This document shows, piece by piece, positions 24,701 through 38,936 of a stretch of 64,000 bases of DNA (position 1 is its first letter; each line of letters starts with the position of its first letter). The position numbers and the translations under genes were made by a program. Source of the stretch: Podarcis muralis (Eukaryota); the NCBI RefSeq assembly GCF_964188315.1, contig NC_135664.1, positions 43,772,001 to 43,836,000 on the forward strand, given 5' to 3'. The notes below the pieces were generated by a model. The model searched no databases. It was given only the letters and a program-made list of their open reading frames with translations, and was not told the DNA's origin.

Positions 24701-27700
24701 CCCAGTACATTTCTGAGCACAATTCACAGTGTTGGTGCTGACCTTTATAACCCTAAACGGCCCAGTATACCTGAAGGAGCGTCTCCACCCCCATCACTCT
24801 GCCCGGACACTGAGGTCCAGCTCTGACGGCCTTCTGGCGGTTCCCTCACTACGAGAAGCGAGGTTATAGGGAACTAGGCAAAGGGACTTCTCAGTAGTGG
24901 CGACCACCCTGTGGAACGCCCTCCCATCAGATGTCAAGGAAATAAACAACTATCTGACTTTTAGAAGACATCTGAAGGCAGCCCTGTTTAGGGAAGTTTT
25001 TAATGTTTGATGTTTTATCGTGTTTTTAATTTTATGTTGGGAGACGCCCAGAGTGGCTGGGGAAACTCACCAGATGGGTGGGGTATAAATAATAAATTAT
25101 TATATTATATTATTATTACCATTGTATTTGAGGATGGGGCCTGGGGTTCCATATTCTTTTGTAAGCAGGCAGTTGTGCTTTGTGGAAAAGTTGGGGAAAT
25201 TTTCCTGACAGTTTCATATGTTGTTCATTCTTCCCTGTATTTTTGAAAGATGTAAAACTAGATTTGGTTTTGAGGACACAGTTCTGTAAGGAGAAGAAAA
25301 GACACATTGCCAGTTTTGAAGGAGGCCTAAAAGATGGTTGGCAAATAAATAGAAAGGAAAGCCATGTAAGACATTCCCATGTTTTGAGCATGGAAGAAGT
25401 ATTTGAAATAGCTGGTGTGCATATGTATTCTTGTGTATGTGCTTTTAAAAAGCTACTAGTTCCCAAGAAATACATTAGGCTTGCTATTTAGAACTCCTTC
25501 CCCCTTCCCCCAAATCTCAGATTTATGTGAGTGCTTTTTGGATATGACTGCTATGATACTTTGCATGCCACAGTTAAACATAGTTAACGGAACACTCCCC
25601 TAGCATGAGTGATAAACAATGATCCCTGGCTGAGCAATGTGTCTGAATCAGCAATTGTGGTTTTGTTCCAAGCCACAGTGTTAAACCAAGGTTTGTTCTT
25701 GGCATACCAACAGTGGCTTTTTGGATATAATGGTAAGCCAGAGATTGTATTTTGTTGATCATGCCAAGGAAGGAGTGAAGCAGAAGCAGTTTGTATGTTC
25801 CAGGTAAACCATTAGCTATGGTGTACAATGATGTTCAAATGTCACCACTAAATAAAGATTGTCACCGTTAACCTACTTTGTTATTTTACAGTGGTGCCCC
25901 GCAAGACGAATGCCTCGCAAGATGAAAAACTCGCTAGACGAAAGGGTTTTCCGTTTTTTGAGTCGTTCCGCAAGACGAATTTATCTATGGGCTTGCTTCG
26001 CAAGACGAAACGTCTTGCGAGTTCTTGCGACTTTGTTTCCTTTTTCGCTAAGCTGCTAAGCCGTTAATAGCCGCTAAGCCGTTAATAGCCACTTAGCCGC
26101 TAATAGCCGTGCTTCGCAAGACGAAAAAACCGCAAGACGAAGAGACTCGCGGAATGGATTAATTTCGTCTTGCGAGGCACCACTGTATTTTATTTTATTT
26201 TGCTTTGGGAACAATTTTATATAAATTATCATCAGCTATGCTCATTTGTAGACACTTTGCTGTACATCTGTGGGTTTATAGAAGAAACCAGCCATCCAGA
26301 AATCAAAGTGGGCAGGTGATGCAGGTATTCTGATATTTCATAATGATCCTTCTTGGCTGTGAAGTCTGCAGGAGAATATTGGACCTGAACTGTTGATTCT
26401 CCTCTTCACCTCCCTATCCCATCGTATCGTAAGGGAAAGCCTTCACAGTATCAAAACAAGCTGAACGTTGCTTTTTTGGTGGCTTCATGTTTGAACTACT
26501 CAGGTCCACGAGGACAGGATGATGAAGCTTCCAGTACCAGTGAAGATGAGGGGTACCCCGAGGACATGGATCAGGACAAGCACGATGACACTACTGATGA
26601 CAGCGACAGTGACAGAAGTGATGCAGACAGCGAAGGGGAAGAGTTCATGCATCACGATGACACGGCTGAGAGGGAGGGTGGTGAAGACAAGAAATTGGGT
26701 AAGCTTCTCGGGAGAATGGATCTGAAATAGTTATGCTTTCATAGTGTTTGGGTAGATGAGAGCAAGCATGAATGCTTTACCAACCTCTGAATTATTGTTC
26801 TAAGCTCTTTCATAGGATTTATTATTTTGTAATGCTGGTAGAGTGGTACAAGCAATCTCTTGAGTTCTTTCTTTATAAACATACTGTTCTTGACTAGTCT
26901 TATACGTATCCCACCTGATGTATATAGTGGCTGCATCAAAGGGGGAGTTAATACAGCAAAGTCTGCTCTGCTGGGACCAAACGTGGGTTGGCGGCTCCTC
27001 CTCTTAGAACTGTTTCCCTTAATGGCTGTTCCATCTGGTTATTGTAACAATTGCATAACTTGATGTAAGAATTTGTGGCTGAATCTGCTGTTTTGCTCTT
27101 CCCCCTCTTACCATTTTTTTTTTGGTTTTGTTTCATGTCATGCATATTAACATTGTAAGCGTGTGGAAGGGTACTGTGTGGGCATTAACTTTGTGCAATG
27201 TCTAGACCAGCCTGGCACCATCCTGTTGCTTTAGAGTACAACTCCCATCAGCTGTAGCCAGCAGAACCCTGGGATCCAACAGCATCTGGAGGAAACCAGC
27301 TTCGAAGAACAATAAACGGGGACATCGAGGCCCTTTATAAATAATAGCTAATAATAATGTTAGGCCATTTGGTTGTTAGAAAAGATAAGTGGCTTTGTAC
27401 AACATAAAATCTAGCGGATAATGTGCTCACCTGTAAGAGGCACTTGAAGCCTTGAAAATACATAGTTACTTAAATTTCTGAATTGCAGTATGGAAGAGCC
27501 AGGATTTTTAAAGCATTCCAGACATTAAAACTGAGAGGAGGTGATTGATGAACTCCTAATCCTCCGTCAATTTACTTCTGCAGGTCATAGTGTACGGTTT
27601 GCTGAGATACCTGGAAAATCACGTAAGAAGAAGAAGAACATGAAAGAGCTCACGCCACTTCAGGCCATGATGCTGCGAATGGCTGGTAAGAAAGCCTGGA

Positions 27701-30470
27701 TTTTTCTCAGCTTTATTCTCCCCCCCCCCTTTCTTTATTTTAGTTGCTAGCTATGGAAGTCTGTTTACCCAGAGAAATTAACTCACAAATAGTTTATTAA
27801 GCAAGGATTTGCATTAAACATCTATCTAGAAAGTGCCTTATGAATAGAAGCTAGGATATGGGACCATTTAGCACATCAGCTGACTGATACAGCAGTGACT
27901 TTGAACTCATAATTTGCATGTGTGGTTGTCTTCCAAATTCCTGAGTCCCCAACCCCTGATTAAATTAATATGAAGACAGAAGGCAGGGACTGGTTTAAAG
28001 GATGCTTTCATAGCTTTCTCAGACTGGTCATGGTGAAGCTGGTATGTAGCTGTGATTTTCAGACACTGTGGGATGAAGGAACCCCATAAGCGGCTGCCCA
28101 CAAAATATTAACGTAGGACTATTGCAGAAGAGTGTTAAATAGACCTTCAAGCCTTGAAGATACACTGAGGAATCCCTAAGCCAATTCTATCTAGCTTTTT
28201 GAAACTTAGCGAGAAAATGAATTCCTTGACACCACAGGGCAGTGGGGCACCTTGAATGATGGGTAGGTGTGTCATGGATGGGGGAAGCACTGTGCAACCA
28301 TCTCCATGCTTCAGAAGAAAGAAAGTGGGTGTAAGAAAAATTCTGAACCCTGCACTCCTACTCTGGATTAGGTCCCATGCCACTTGATGGAATTTATTTC
28401 CGATCTATGCAAGGCTGGGGCAGGGCTGCTAATCTTCCAACCCCATTCAACAGGAGGGATGCAAGAACGAGGCAATGGGCTTGGAACATCCTGGAGGAAA
28501 TTTGGTCCTTGCCATAGCTGCCCTATGGAGATACTTGTAGCATTCAATATCAATTTCTTAATTTCTGATAGAATATTTTTCCTGGGCCTTCAAATCATTC
28601 TTTTCTAATGTTGGCCTGTGGTCTTTTAAAGTCCCAAAATCTGTTTTAAAGATCAAGCCTGCATTATTTCTCTTCAGGCCAGGAAATTCCTGAGGGAGGC
28701 AAAGAGATAGAGGAGTATTCTGAAGAGGAAGATGATGACGACGATGATGACTCAGAGGCTGAAGATACAGCACAGCAGCAAAGCACGGAAGAGGCCCATG
28801 CTGAGACGGCATCGTCGGCAGCCTCTCAAGCATCCCAGCCACAGCAGCAGCCACCACCTCAGCCTGTTCCTCCAGCTCAGATGCAAGCGCCTCCCATGCC
28901 TGGCCCACCCCCTCTTGGGCCACCTCCTGCACCACCCTTGAGGCCTCCAGGGCCACCTACTGGCCTCCCTCCTGGTCCTCCTCCAGGTGAGCACCTGATG
29001 AAATTTAAGAAATCCAGGCTTCTCTTTGCTTTGGGCTCCCAGCTTGGAAATCCCGAAAACAGGCAGTTGTCTTACTCAGCTAGCATACTGGTGGAGGCTT
29101 CCCACTCCAACGTCACATGAATGTTGCCCTTCAAACACTTGTCTTTCTCATCAGGCAGATACTCCGTTTTTGTTTAAGCAGTCTCTTGCAGCCGTGGCAA
29201 CAAAAGGAGGGGTGGGGGGAGGCAGCTACCCAGTGGGTGGATGACTGTTTTTGTACATCTCTGGCACTTTGTAAATGATTTGACGTGATTCTGAAGGAAA
29301 AAGCAATGTATTTTGATAAAAAAAGTGGTCACCATTACCATGGGCTGTGTTGGAGTGTTTGTGTAAAAAAGCAAGGTAGTTTTAAAACCTCTTTCTCATC
29401 TCTTTGGCACAACAACAGGTAAATGGTAATGAGGAATTGCCATGTTAACCCATAAACTAAACCGTCTTTGTGCAACTGCTTTCACAGGGGCTCCTCCGTT
29501 TCTTAGGCCACCTGGGTTGCCTGGAATGCGTGGCCCTTTACCACGACTGTTGCCTCCTGGACCTCCCCCTGGCCGCCCCCCTGGCCCTCCCCCTGGTCCA
29601 CCGCCAGGTCTGCCTCCTGGCCCTCCTCCAAGAGGACCCCCACCTCGCCTACCACCTCCAGCCCCTCCAGGTAATACTACAGTTTACTCACAGGATCTCT
29701 TTTATTCACTAGTGGCGTATGCTTTCATCTTAAGTATTTTTATGTAGTAAGAGTTATGTACTGCTTAATAAAAATCATAATTTATAAGTGGTCAACTACA
29801 AGCTGTTGTTGAATCCTAAAATTAGAGGGTGATATTTTCCTGTCCTTTTTGTTCCAGCACAGTGAAACACTCTAGGTTTTATGAATCGTTGGTACACCTG
29901 TTGGAATTTGATGATTTAAAATGTGTGTCCCATGTAATTTTGCAAATATAATGACCTTAAATTAAGGGGAGGCTAAAGGAACTGGAGCTGATGCTGGTAT
30001 TGGTTCCTTCTGAGCAAAGAGCAGCAGGCTAACTTTTATCTCTTCCTCCAGGCATCCCCCCTCCTCGTCCAGGCATGTTGCGCCCTCCTTTGGTGCCCCC
30101 ACCTGGGTTATTTCCCCCCGCTCCCATTCCCAATCCTGGGGTGCTGAGTGCTCCCCCCAGCTTGATCCAGCGTCCCAAGGCGGATGACACCAGTGCAGCC
30201 ACCATTGAGAAGAAAGCCACAGCAACCATCAGCGCCAAGCCACAGATCACCAACCCCAAGGCTGAGATCACCCGCTTCGTGCCCACGGCCTTGCGAGTTC
30301 GCCGAGAGAACAAAGGGACAGCTGCCACCACCCAGAGAAAACCTGATGATGAGCCTTCTGTTCAGATAACCAAAGCAACTCCTAAGGCTGGCTCTTCTGC
30401 TCCCATTTCTGTGCAGACAAAAGATGATGTTTATGAAGCTTTCATGAAGGAAATGGAGGGGCTACTGTGA
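18763..30470 (+). CDS. WBP11: WW domain-binding protein 11 (splicing factor), 11 coding exons, 642 aa
   Basis: Exons 18763-18826, 20227-20258, 21000-21093, 21820-22016, 23686-23819, 24359-24558, 26504-26698, 27584-27685, 28678-28986, 29488-29670, 30052-30470; all GT-AG, phases consistent, 1929 nt. Begins MGRRSTSSTKSGKFMNPTDQARKEARKRELKK, has HSVRF PP1-docking motif and Pro-rich tail, ends DDVYEAFMKEMEGLL. Confidence 0.98.
22622..23304. mobile_element. Non-autonomous hAT DNA transposon carrying captured GC-rich genomic DNA (Pack-TIR)
   Basis: 15-bp TIRs CAGTGTTTCCCAACC / GGTTGGGAAACACTG; perfect 8-bp TSD GTCTAAGT (22614-22621 and 23305-23312); subterminal GGCACAC motifs; no transposase. Confidence 0.95.
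22725..23003 (-). pseudogene. RANBP9: Captured RANBP9-like exon-1 coding fragment inside the hAT element
   Basis: ATG TCC GGG CAG at 23003 reads MSGQQQQQQQQQL...SAALLLHP...PPATSAPPPPPPPP...GSSSAPAPFPPG, colinear with the recalled human RANBP9 N-terminus (MSGQPPP..QQQQ...AAALLLHPPP...PPATAAPPPP...GSSAAAPFPHG). Truncated before the SPRY region. Confidence 0.8.
23389..23523. mobile_element. hAT-type MITE (near-palindromic)
   Basis: TIR CAGGCATAGGCAAAC / GTTTGCCTATGCCTG; 8-bp TSD GGTTATAT / GGTTATAC (7 of 8 match). Confidence 0.85.
24590..25110 (+). mobile_element. L2-clade LINE 3' fragment in a WBP11 intron
   Basis: LQLIQNAVARLVTG...DHITPVLKDLCWLPVHF, AT-rich tail. Confidence 0.85.
25889..26185. 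mobile_element. Tc1/mariner-type MITE
   Basis: TIR CAGTGGTGCC-CGCAAGACGAA, TA TSD on both sides, internal GCCG(C/T)TAA tandem repeats. Confidence 0.88.
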
Positions 30471-32639
30471 CAATCTGTTCCCAGTTAACCTGTACATTCT
30501 CTGTGATTATGAGATCAGACTACTGTCTTAGGGGCAGAGGTTCCATGTTATAGTGGCATCCGGTTGAAGAGCTCCTTCATTTGTGACAATAGTCCCCCAT
30601 CCCTATTAACTTGTGATCACATTTGGGAGAATGACCATTGCAGAGAGTGGAAAAGGGGTGCAATTACTCTACTCACTTTTTAATGAAAGACTTGGTTGTG
30701 TCTGTGTGCTCATGGAAAATCCTGTTGTCTCATTTTTTAATTTTTGTTAAAGGGAGGAATTACTTGAGGAACCAGAACACACTGTTAAAGCATTTCTTCC
30801 ACATATACCTGATCAAGTTTTTATGTTTTGTTTTGGTGGCTTTCTGTAAATATTTTGTAATGCTGTTTTTAGCTGGGTGAGAAAAATGGGTTTACACATT
30901 GTTGTAAGGTGGGCAGGTTACTGTTTGCATATATGGCATGCAAACATTTTGCACCCTGTGTATCCTGCACTCACTACTGTGGCTTCTTGCTAACAGGAGC
31001 GATCATTGTCTTATTGAAAGAGAATAAATATTTGATGTAATACACCACTGTCTGACTAGTTATCTGCACTGCTATTTTGGGTTTAGGAAGGAAAGGAAGT
31101 AGCCTGAGGACCTGACAAACAGCACCTGTGGAAGGTAGCTAATGATGCTTTAGACTTAAGAGAACATCCCTAATATCTGAAGAATCCATAAAAGGGAGAA
31201 TAGCTGTTCATTCCATTTGGGAAACATGATACAGTTGTATATCTAAAAAGTATCTCTTTCCCCCATTAAAAATGAACCTGAAAGGAACCCAGGCTCCATT
31301 CATAGATCACAGAGATGGCATGTACATACAGACTGACAAAGAACATTAGTGAATGTAATATGAATATCTACTTTAACTGGATAGAAGTGTATGTATAATC
31401 ATCACCTGATGAAGTGAGTTGTGTGTAAAAGCTGAAGGGAGAATGTAACATTTGGTGTAACAAACCAGAAATGGATGTTGGGGGGAGTCAACGGGGGGAC
31501 GGGACGGGACTAGAAAATGAATGTCAAGTAATAATATTGAATATTTGTTATGAGAAAAGAAAATCAATAAAAATTATACAAAAAATAAATAAAAGCTGAA
31601 GGGGGTGGAGAGATGGATGCACCAAGCCTCTTCCATAGACAACTGGAGTAAAATGTGAAATCCTGTGTTTTCTCTTCTGTCCAGTATCTGTGAGAATGTT
31701 GGAACAGCATCTTAATCCAAGGCAAAATGCATTGTCATTCACATGTATGCTCACTGCTAGTACTATGCTTGCCCTAGAATTGCCATGGTTCACTTGGTTA
31801 TGTACCATCTAGAGGTACACATCATCATAATTTGAAATCGAAAATACCTAACAATTACTTGTGTGGAGTTCAGGCATACAGGCCCCATGCCCAGTCTGAC
31901 ATCTCTGGTTATAAAAGGGTTGCAGGGCTGGAAGCCAATGACAGGTAGTATTCAGCCAACTAGATGGATTTATTATACAGCAGAGAGCAGCTGGGGTGTT
32001 TGCTATAAAATGGGGAGGGGGAGAGCCATGTCCACCACCTTAAACTCATTGGACGAAAGGGAAGCCTAAAAAGCTTCAAAAGCAGAGCAAGGACTTCTTC
32101 AGCGCTCCCCCAAAAAACGTTGCCGGGCAGAGGGAGAACAGGGTGGGTGTATACGTAATACAAATACATTCGCTCTGGCATGAGTATTTTGGAAATCGGA
32201 TGATTCAAACGCTCGCCAGGAGGAAATATTTCTGCAGATGTAAAGAGCTGGAAGATCGTAAGTCCTGGCAGAGGATAGGAGCGTGGTCAATGGTTATGGA
32301 TGACGGCAGAGTAAAGTCAAAACAGCATCTGGGGGCCCCAGGTTCTCCACCCTCGTTTTAAGCTCCTACCCAATTAAAAACCGCAAGTGAAGCTCGAGGG
32401 CACCTTAAGGTAAGCCCTTCGCTCCTCGGCCAGTCAAGAATTGGGTTGTGAAAATTCAAACTAGTTCCTTCCCGTTCCTAAAATGGCGCTTCATGAAGCA
32501 GAAACGGGGACACAGGAAGTGATCTGAAATCCCCCGCTCCCTCTCGCATCGCAGTGCAGAGGCACTTTGTACTAACTCGCAAATTGGGGTAGGGGGAAAG
32601 GGAAGACAATCTCAAGCCCTTCTCGGGATGCGGTGTAGT

Positions 32640-32655
32640 GGCTCTGAAAAGAGCC
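32640..32655 (-). other. Histone mRNA 3' stem-loop (H3 copy 1)
   Basis: Reverse complement reads GGCTCTTTTCAGAGCC. Confidence 0.97.
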
Positions 32656-32688
32656 TTTGGGTTGTTGGTGAAGCTGGGCGAGGGGCGC

Positions 32689-33135
<447 letters not shown>

Positions 33136-34779
33136 TCAGCCCTCAACCAGCCGCAACTAAAACTCCGAATAGAGGAGCGAAGCGATAGCGACCCTTTATT
33201 TATAGTGCGCTCCTGTCTCTGTCCCCATTGGCTGACATCAGTGGGGCAGATTCTCATTGGACAGCTTCTCCATTCGAAAACTCCCGCTTTGGTTTGTGTC
33301 ACCTAAGGACCGCCTCCTAGCAGCCCTATGGATTTTTTTATTTTGCAATGACGAGTTTCCCCGGAATATTCACCCTCTAAAATCAAGCAGCTCTGCCTTT
33401 GTGTTCAATGTTGTTCAATACCAGCCGACAAACTCTTTGCTTGTATAAACTCTCACTGGAAGCTCCTTTGCTAAACTAGCCTAAATCTTTTATATAAGAT
33501 CTTCTTGTTTGAGAACATTTTGGGCTGTCTCTTCATTTTTTACGTTTTTCAGCTATTAGTGATATTGACAGGAAAAGACAAACATTTGCTGTTTAGGGTT
33601 GAACCTCCCCTTCCCGATTTCTCATAGTTTACAGCGCACTTTTGTTGGGTTTTTTATTATTATCCCAAACTGCGTAAACTTCGGCTCGTGAGGTTGGAGC
33701 CTTTAACATCCTTGGGTGTAAATTCCGTTTAACTCAGAGGGAGCTATTTCCTTGTAGACGTGCACGCGACGGAGTTATAAATCCCAGTAATTTCTATGGG
33801 AGAGCACTTCAAAGCCCAGGCGAGGGGGGGGGGGGGGGAAGAGTCCCATTGATTCCAATTCAAATATACTTAGCTGTGGCCGCATCTAGGAAATAAAGCT
33901 CACATTAGTTAATGGGACTTGTTCCCAAGTTAGTTTGTTTAGAGATGCAGCCTTAAGAAGGGGAATCATATTTTTCACAAACGGTCACCTGTCTATTTAC
34001 ACTAAATACATCCTTTGAAAACAAGATGGCTTTTATCTCAAGGTGCTGTAAGACTGAGGAGTGAACCTGCCCTTTTCACTTTGAGACTAAGGGCCACCTG
34101 GAGTCTAATGGTTGTTTTCCAGGGGTTTGCTCTGAAAAAACAGATAGATTTTAATTATTTATTCAAATTCCTATAACATTCTTAAGGTATCTAAATCAGT
34201 CTGCATAAAATAGAGCTGCAGTGAAGTCCAACAGTCAGTCACATACCTTGTGGGTTGTAATTTAAATTTTTCATTAAACTCTTGAATAGTGTTTGTGTGT
34301 GTGATCATACACTATCAATATAGTATTGGCTTTGAATGTACCTAAATAATACAATATTTAGTACCTTTTCTATAGCGCAGGCGAGCTGGTAAGGGCTTGG
34401 CCGATTAGCAATGGTGAATCTATTTTGTGTAGTCTTGTGTTACCTCCGTTTACTTGAAGTCCACCTGCAACGAGGAGACTAGCTTTAAAAACTCACACCA
34501 CGTCCTGTGACAGACCTTACTGTCTGAAGATGTGACCCCCACAGTTTTTCGGGTGTTTTGGGGGCTTACATTGCTTTAATTTACAAAGAAAAACAAAAGT
34601 TTCGCTCTTGGGAGGTCTCCCCAGCTCCTGCAGCCGAGACTTAAGAGCCCTTTTCCAAACGTTGCCTTTACTTTTGCGCTTTCAAAAAAGCAACGAATGC
34701 GAAGCACCCTTCCCTCTTCGCCCCGGTTGATATATTTGATTATTTGGTGGTCGGTATGGTGTAAAAATCGCACTTTATT

Positions 34780-34890
34780 AACTCGAAAGAAACACAAACT
34801 GGGCGCTCGAAAGAGTTCCTGTCTGCCTGGCAGAGGGGCGGGCCCTGCAGCGGACCAATCAGGAGGCAGCTCCTCTCTATAAATAAACAG
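34780..34890 (+). promoter_or_regulatory. Histone H1 promoter
   Basis: H1 box AAACACA 34790-34796, GC box GGGCGG, CCAAT and TATAAATA in canonical order. Confidence 0.88.
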
Positions 34891-34972
34891 CGGCTGACCT
34901 ACTTGAGTTCACTTTTCTTCTGTCGGGAATCTTTTTTGTGTGTGTGTCGCGCATCTCTCTCTCCTCGCCATC

Positions 34973-35632
34973 ATGTCCGAAACGGCGCCCGCGGTTGCTG
35001 TCAGCGCTGCTGCTCCTGTCGTGGCCTCCAAGGCTCCGGCCAAGAAGGCGAAGAAGGCTAGTGGCGGCGCCAAAGCGCGCAAGGCTTCGGGCCCCAGCGT
35101 CACCGAGCTGATCACCAAGGCGGTGGCGGCGTCCAAGGAGCGCAAAGGGGTGTCTCTGGCGGCGCTGAAGAAGTCCCTGGCGGCCGGAGGCTACGACGTG
35201 GAGAAGAACAACAGCCGCATCAAGCTGGGCCTGAAGAGCCTGGTGAACAAAGGCACCCTGGTGCACACCAAGGGCATCGGCGCCTCGGGATCCTTCAAGA
35301 TCGGCAAGAAGGCCGGCGAGGGCAAGGAGAAGGCGCCCAAGAAGAAGGCGGCTGCCGTCAAAGCCAAGAAGCCCGCCGCCAAGAAAGCCGCGGCCGGCGG
35401 CGTCAAGAAGCCCAAGAAAGCCGCGGCGGCCAAGAAAAGCCCTAAGAAGCCCAAGAAGCCGGCGGCCAAGAAGGCGGCCAAGAGCCCCAAGAAAGCGGCC
35501 AAGCCCGTCAAGCCCAAGAGGGTCGCCAAGAGCCCGGCCAAAGCCAAGGCGGTGAAGCCCAAGACGGCCAAGCCGAAGGCAGCCAAACCCAAAGCGGCCA
35601 AGGCTAAGAAGGCGGCGCCCAAGAAGAAGTAG
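34973..35632 (+). CDS. H1: Linker histone H1, 219 aa
   Basis: MSETAPAV..., globular domain [12 protein letters not shown]...[13 protein letters not shown], Lys/Ala/Pro tail with SPKK motifs. True ATG at 34973 (ORF track extends to a GTG). Confidence 0.98.
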   Translation: MSETAPAVAVSAAAPVVASKAPAKKAKKASGGAKARKASGPSVTELITKAVAASKERKGVSLAALKKSLAAGGYDVEKNNSRIKLGLKSLVNKGTLVHTKGIGASGSFKIGKKAGEGKEKAPKKKAAAVKAKKPAAKKAAAGGVKKPKKAAAAKKSPKKPKKPAAKKAAKSPKKAAKPVKPKRVAKSPAKAKAVKPKTAKPKAAKPKAAKAKKAAPKKK

Positions 35633-35664
35633 ACGTGCCCCGCGCGCTGCTAAAAAACCCCAAC

Positions 35665-35680
35665 GGCTCTTTTAAGAGCC
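35665..35680 (+). other. Histone mRNA 3' stem-loop (H1)
   Basis: GGCTCTTTTAAGAGCC followed by ACCCA. Confidence 0.97.
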
Positions 35681-36679
35681 ACCCACCTCCTCCTAAAAAG
35701 AGCTTGTCACAAATGTACATACACTCTTGCAATATATAGATACATACACATACACACGCCTGCCACAGTATATCTTGCACATGTTTGGTCAGAATTTCAG
35801 TCACAGACTTGCTCCTCGCAGAATTATTAGCCTGCATTTCTGGAAATGGGGACATTAGATCGGCCTCTTTAGCGGGATACTAACTTGCCCCGGGTTGGTT
35901 GGTGCGCGCTTCTTGAGAAGAGTGGATCTAGTTAGGCGGGCACGGAAGTGAAAGAAGAGGAGGGAGATGCTTTCATCCCAGAAAAGTTATTAATTTCTAA
36001 AAAGTTATTTTTAAAAACTTGAACTTTGAGCCCTTGAATAAAATCAGCTAGAAAGTATTGTTGCGAAAAGATGGGGGAGAAGCCGCGCTACTTGACTATC
36101 CAACTTACAGGTGGTGGGGTTTTTTTGGGGGGGGTGTATTTGTGTGAATGAATCCCTCTTCGGTGAGAATTTTTACAAATTTTATGCATTGTTAGGAGCA
36201 CACGGTGTCGCTAGTAGGATTTATTTCTGCGCCAAAATACATAGAACTGGGTTTCGGTTTTCATGAAAGTAAGTCCCATTTAAACATAAAGCAGTTTAAT
36301 TCTGAGTCAATATGTTTAGGACTCGGATTTACAAAGTATTAAAACAGCCCGAAGCTTGTGGGAAACCGCTGTCAAACACTAAGATACATTGTACCACGTG
36401 TCCAGGGTTAGATTGTCTCGGTTGTCAAAATTTGCTGGCTAGTTCTTAAAGGGTCCTACGGTTCACGGCAATTAAATACTAGATGGAGCACCTTCACACT
36501 GTCAAACAATGCCAGCTTCTGCTCAGCCCCATTGAATTCGGTGTATTTACTTTAAAGAATTTAAGACAATTTAGAAGGGGGCGATTTTCAAACTTTTAAA
36601 ATAGTTTTTTGTGAATGAACGATCGCTTATGCCAGGTCGAACGGCAGGTCTTTCATTTTCCCGTCAAAGTCGGTGTGAG

Positions 36680-36850
36680 TTGTGATTGGCTCAAACCGAG
36701 ATATTGCTTCAAAACCAGCCAATGAACACTTGGCATCTGGCTGACCAATCATGAACGAAACGCGAACGCTTGTAACTCTTTGCGAGTTCTCAGCCAATAG
36801 GAAATGAAGAATACAATTCTCTCATTTGCATATCGCCAATATAAAAAACA
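36680..36850 (+). promoter_or_regulatory. Histone H2B promoter
   Basis: Several CCAAT boxes, octamer ATTTGCAT 36824-36831, TATAAAA at 36840. Confidence 0.9.
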
Positions 36851-36863
36851 GCAGCGCTCGTGA

Positions 36864-37280
<417 letters not shown>

Positions 37281-37306
37281 ATTACCGCCACTCACTGCAA
37301 CCTAAC

Positions 37307-37322
37307 GGCTCTTTTAAGAGCC
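37307..37322 (+). other. Histone mRNA 3' stem-loop (H2B)
   Basis: GGCTCTTTTAAGAGCC. Confidence 0.97.
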
Positions 37323-38455
37323 ACCTATTTTTTCATTAAGAGAGCTCTACGACACTTCTACCCCCTACTAAAAGTTTAATGCAGTTTAGTAACCTGCAGT
37401 TTTATAAGAGTATATATTTAAAGTAGATGAATAGATGAGCAAATTAAGTTAATTTGGATATGCAGAAGATATTACAGTTAAGTTTAAGGAGCCGCAGAAA
37501 GGGGAAGGAAGTTTTGAAATGTTTAAAAAATTGTGAAGTTGGTGAAATGTATAAATCTGAAAAGCATAAATATATATATATTTAAAAAGTTTAATGCAGT
37601 TTAAATATAAGCCATCTCGCCCACTATATGCAGCAGTTAAAAGCTAAATGATCGAACAAAGCACAGATACCCTAGAGCTCCTTTCATATGAGTCTCCTGC
37701 GGTGAATAAATTTTACTTCTTTTGTGTCCCAGATGAAATCGTAGTTTTATATGCACAGAAAGAATGACTGATGGTTGTAGAAAACCGAATTGGGAAGCAA
37801 TTTTCTAGCAATAACAGTTGGGTAATTTGAATTACCCGCGCTTTGCAGTTATTGGTGAGCTGTAGCCAGCTCCTATATACGGTTTGTAGACGTGCGGTTG
37901 CACAACAAAAGTGGCCAACGCTTCGAAGTTCCTAATGATTAGTATCCATGCAGTCTCCAATTTATTGTTTTAGAATTCACTTATTACATGTTCGTGAAAT
38001 GGGTAGGATTACTGGAATTGCAGAATACCTTCGGAAAATTCGGTCCCGAATGAGGATATCTTATTACATAAACAGGGTTACATATAGGCGATGTGGGTTT
38101 TGTGAGGCAGCTCGATAAACATGGACGCGTATTTTCTATTTTTAAGAAAATTAAAAGGGTGATTTCTGTGAACGATACACTACACGACCCTTAGGTTTAC
38201 ACGTAGCTGGCATTCCTCCGCCCCTGGAGCCTACGCAATGCAAAAACGGAGGGGGAAATTTAAAAAGCGAGAGGCTGCTGACGATTTTTAAACATCAATG
38301 CGCGCCTTTTCAAACTGTCGAATGAGCTTGAGGTTTTGTAATTCCAACCAATCAACAAGTCGAATGTATCCAATGGCGAGAGTTGTTCATCTAGCAATAG
38401 CCAATCAGAGGGCAGAACTAGTGTATAAATTTTGCCTTCTGCGCTCAGCTTTTAG

Positions 38456-38887
<432 letters not shown>

Positions 38888-38920
38888 GCGCCCCTCGCCC
38901 AGCTTCACCAACAACCCAAA

Positions 38921-38936
38921 GGCTCTTTTCAGAGCC
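38921..38936 (+). other. Histone mRNA 3' stem-loop (H3 copy 2)
   Basis: GGCTCTTTTCAGAGCC. Confidence 0.97.

Noticed and set aside
35191-35622. 143-aa Ala/Leu/Phe-rich minus-strand ORF that looks like a membrane protein
   Set aside because: Antisense of the Lys/Ala-rich H1 tail.
36000-36700. Possible decayed H2A divergent from H2B
   Set aside because: No SGRGK or H2A core remnants recognisable on the minus strand.
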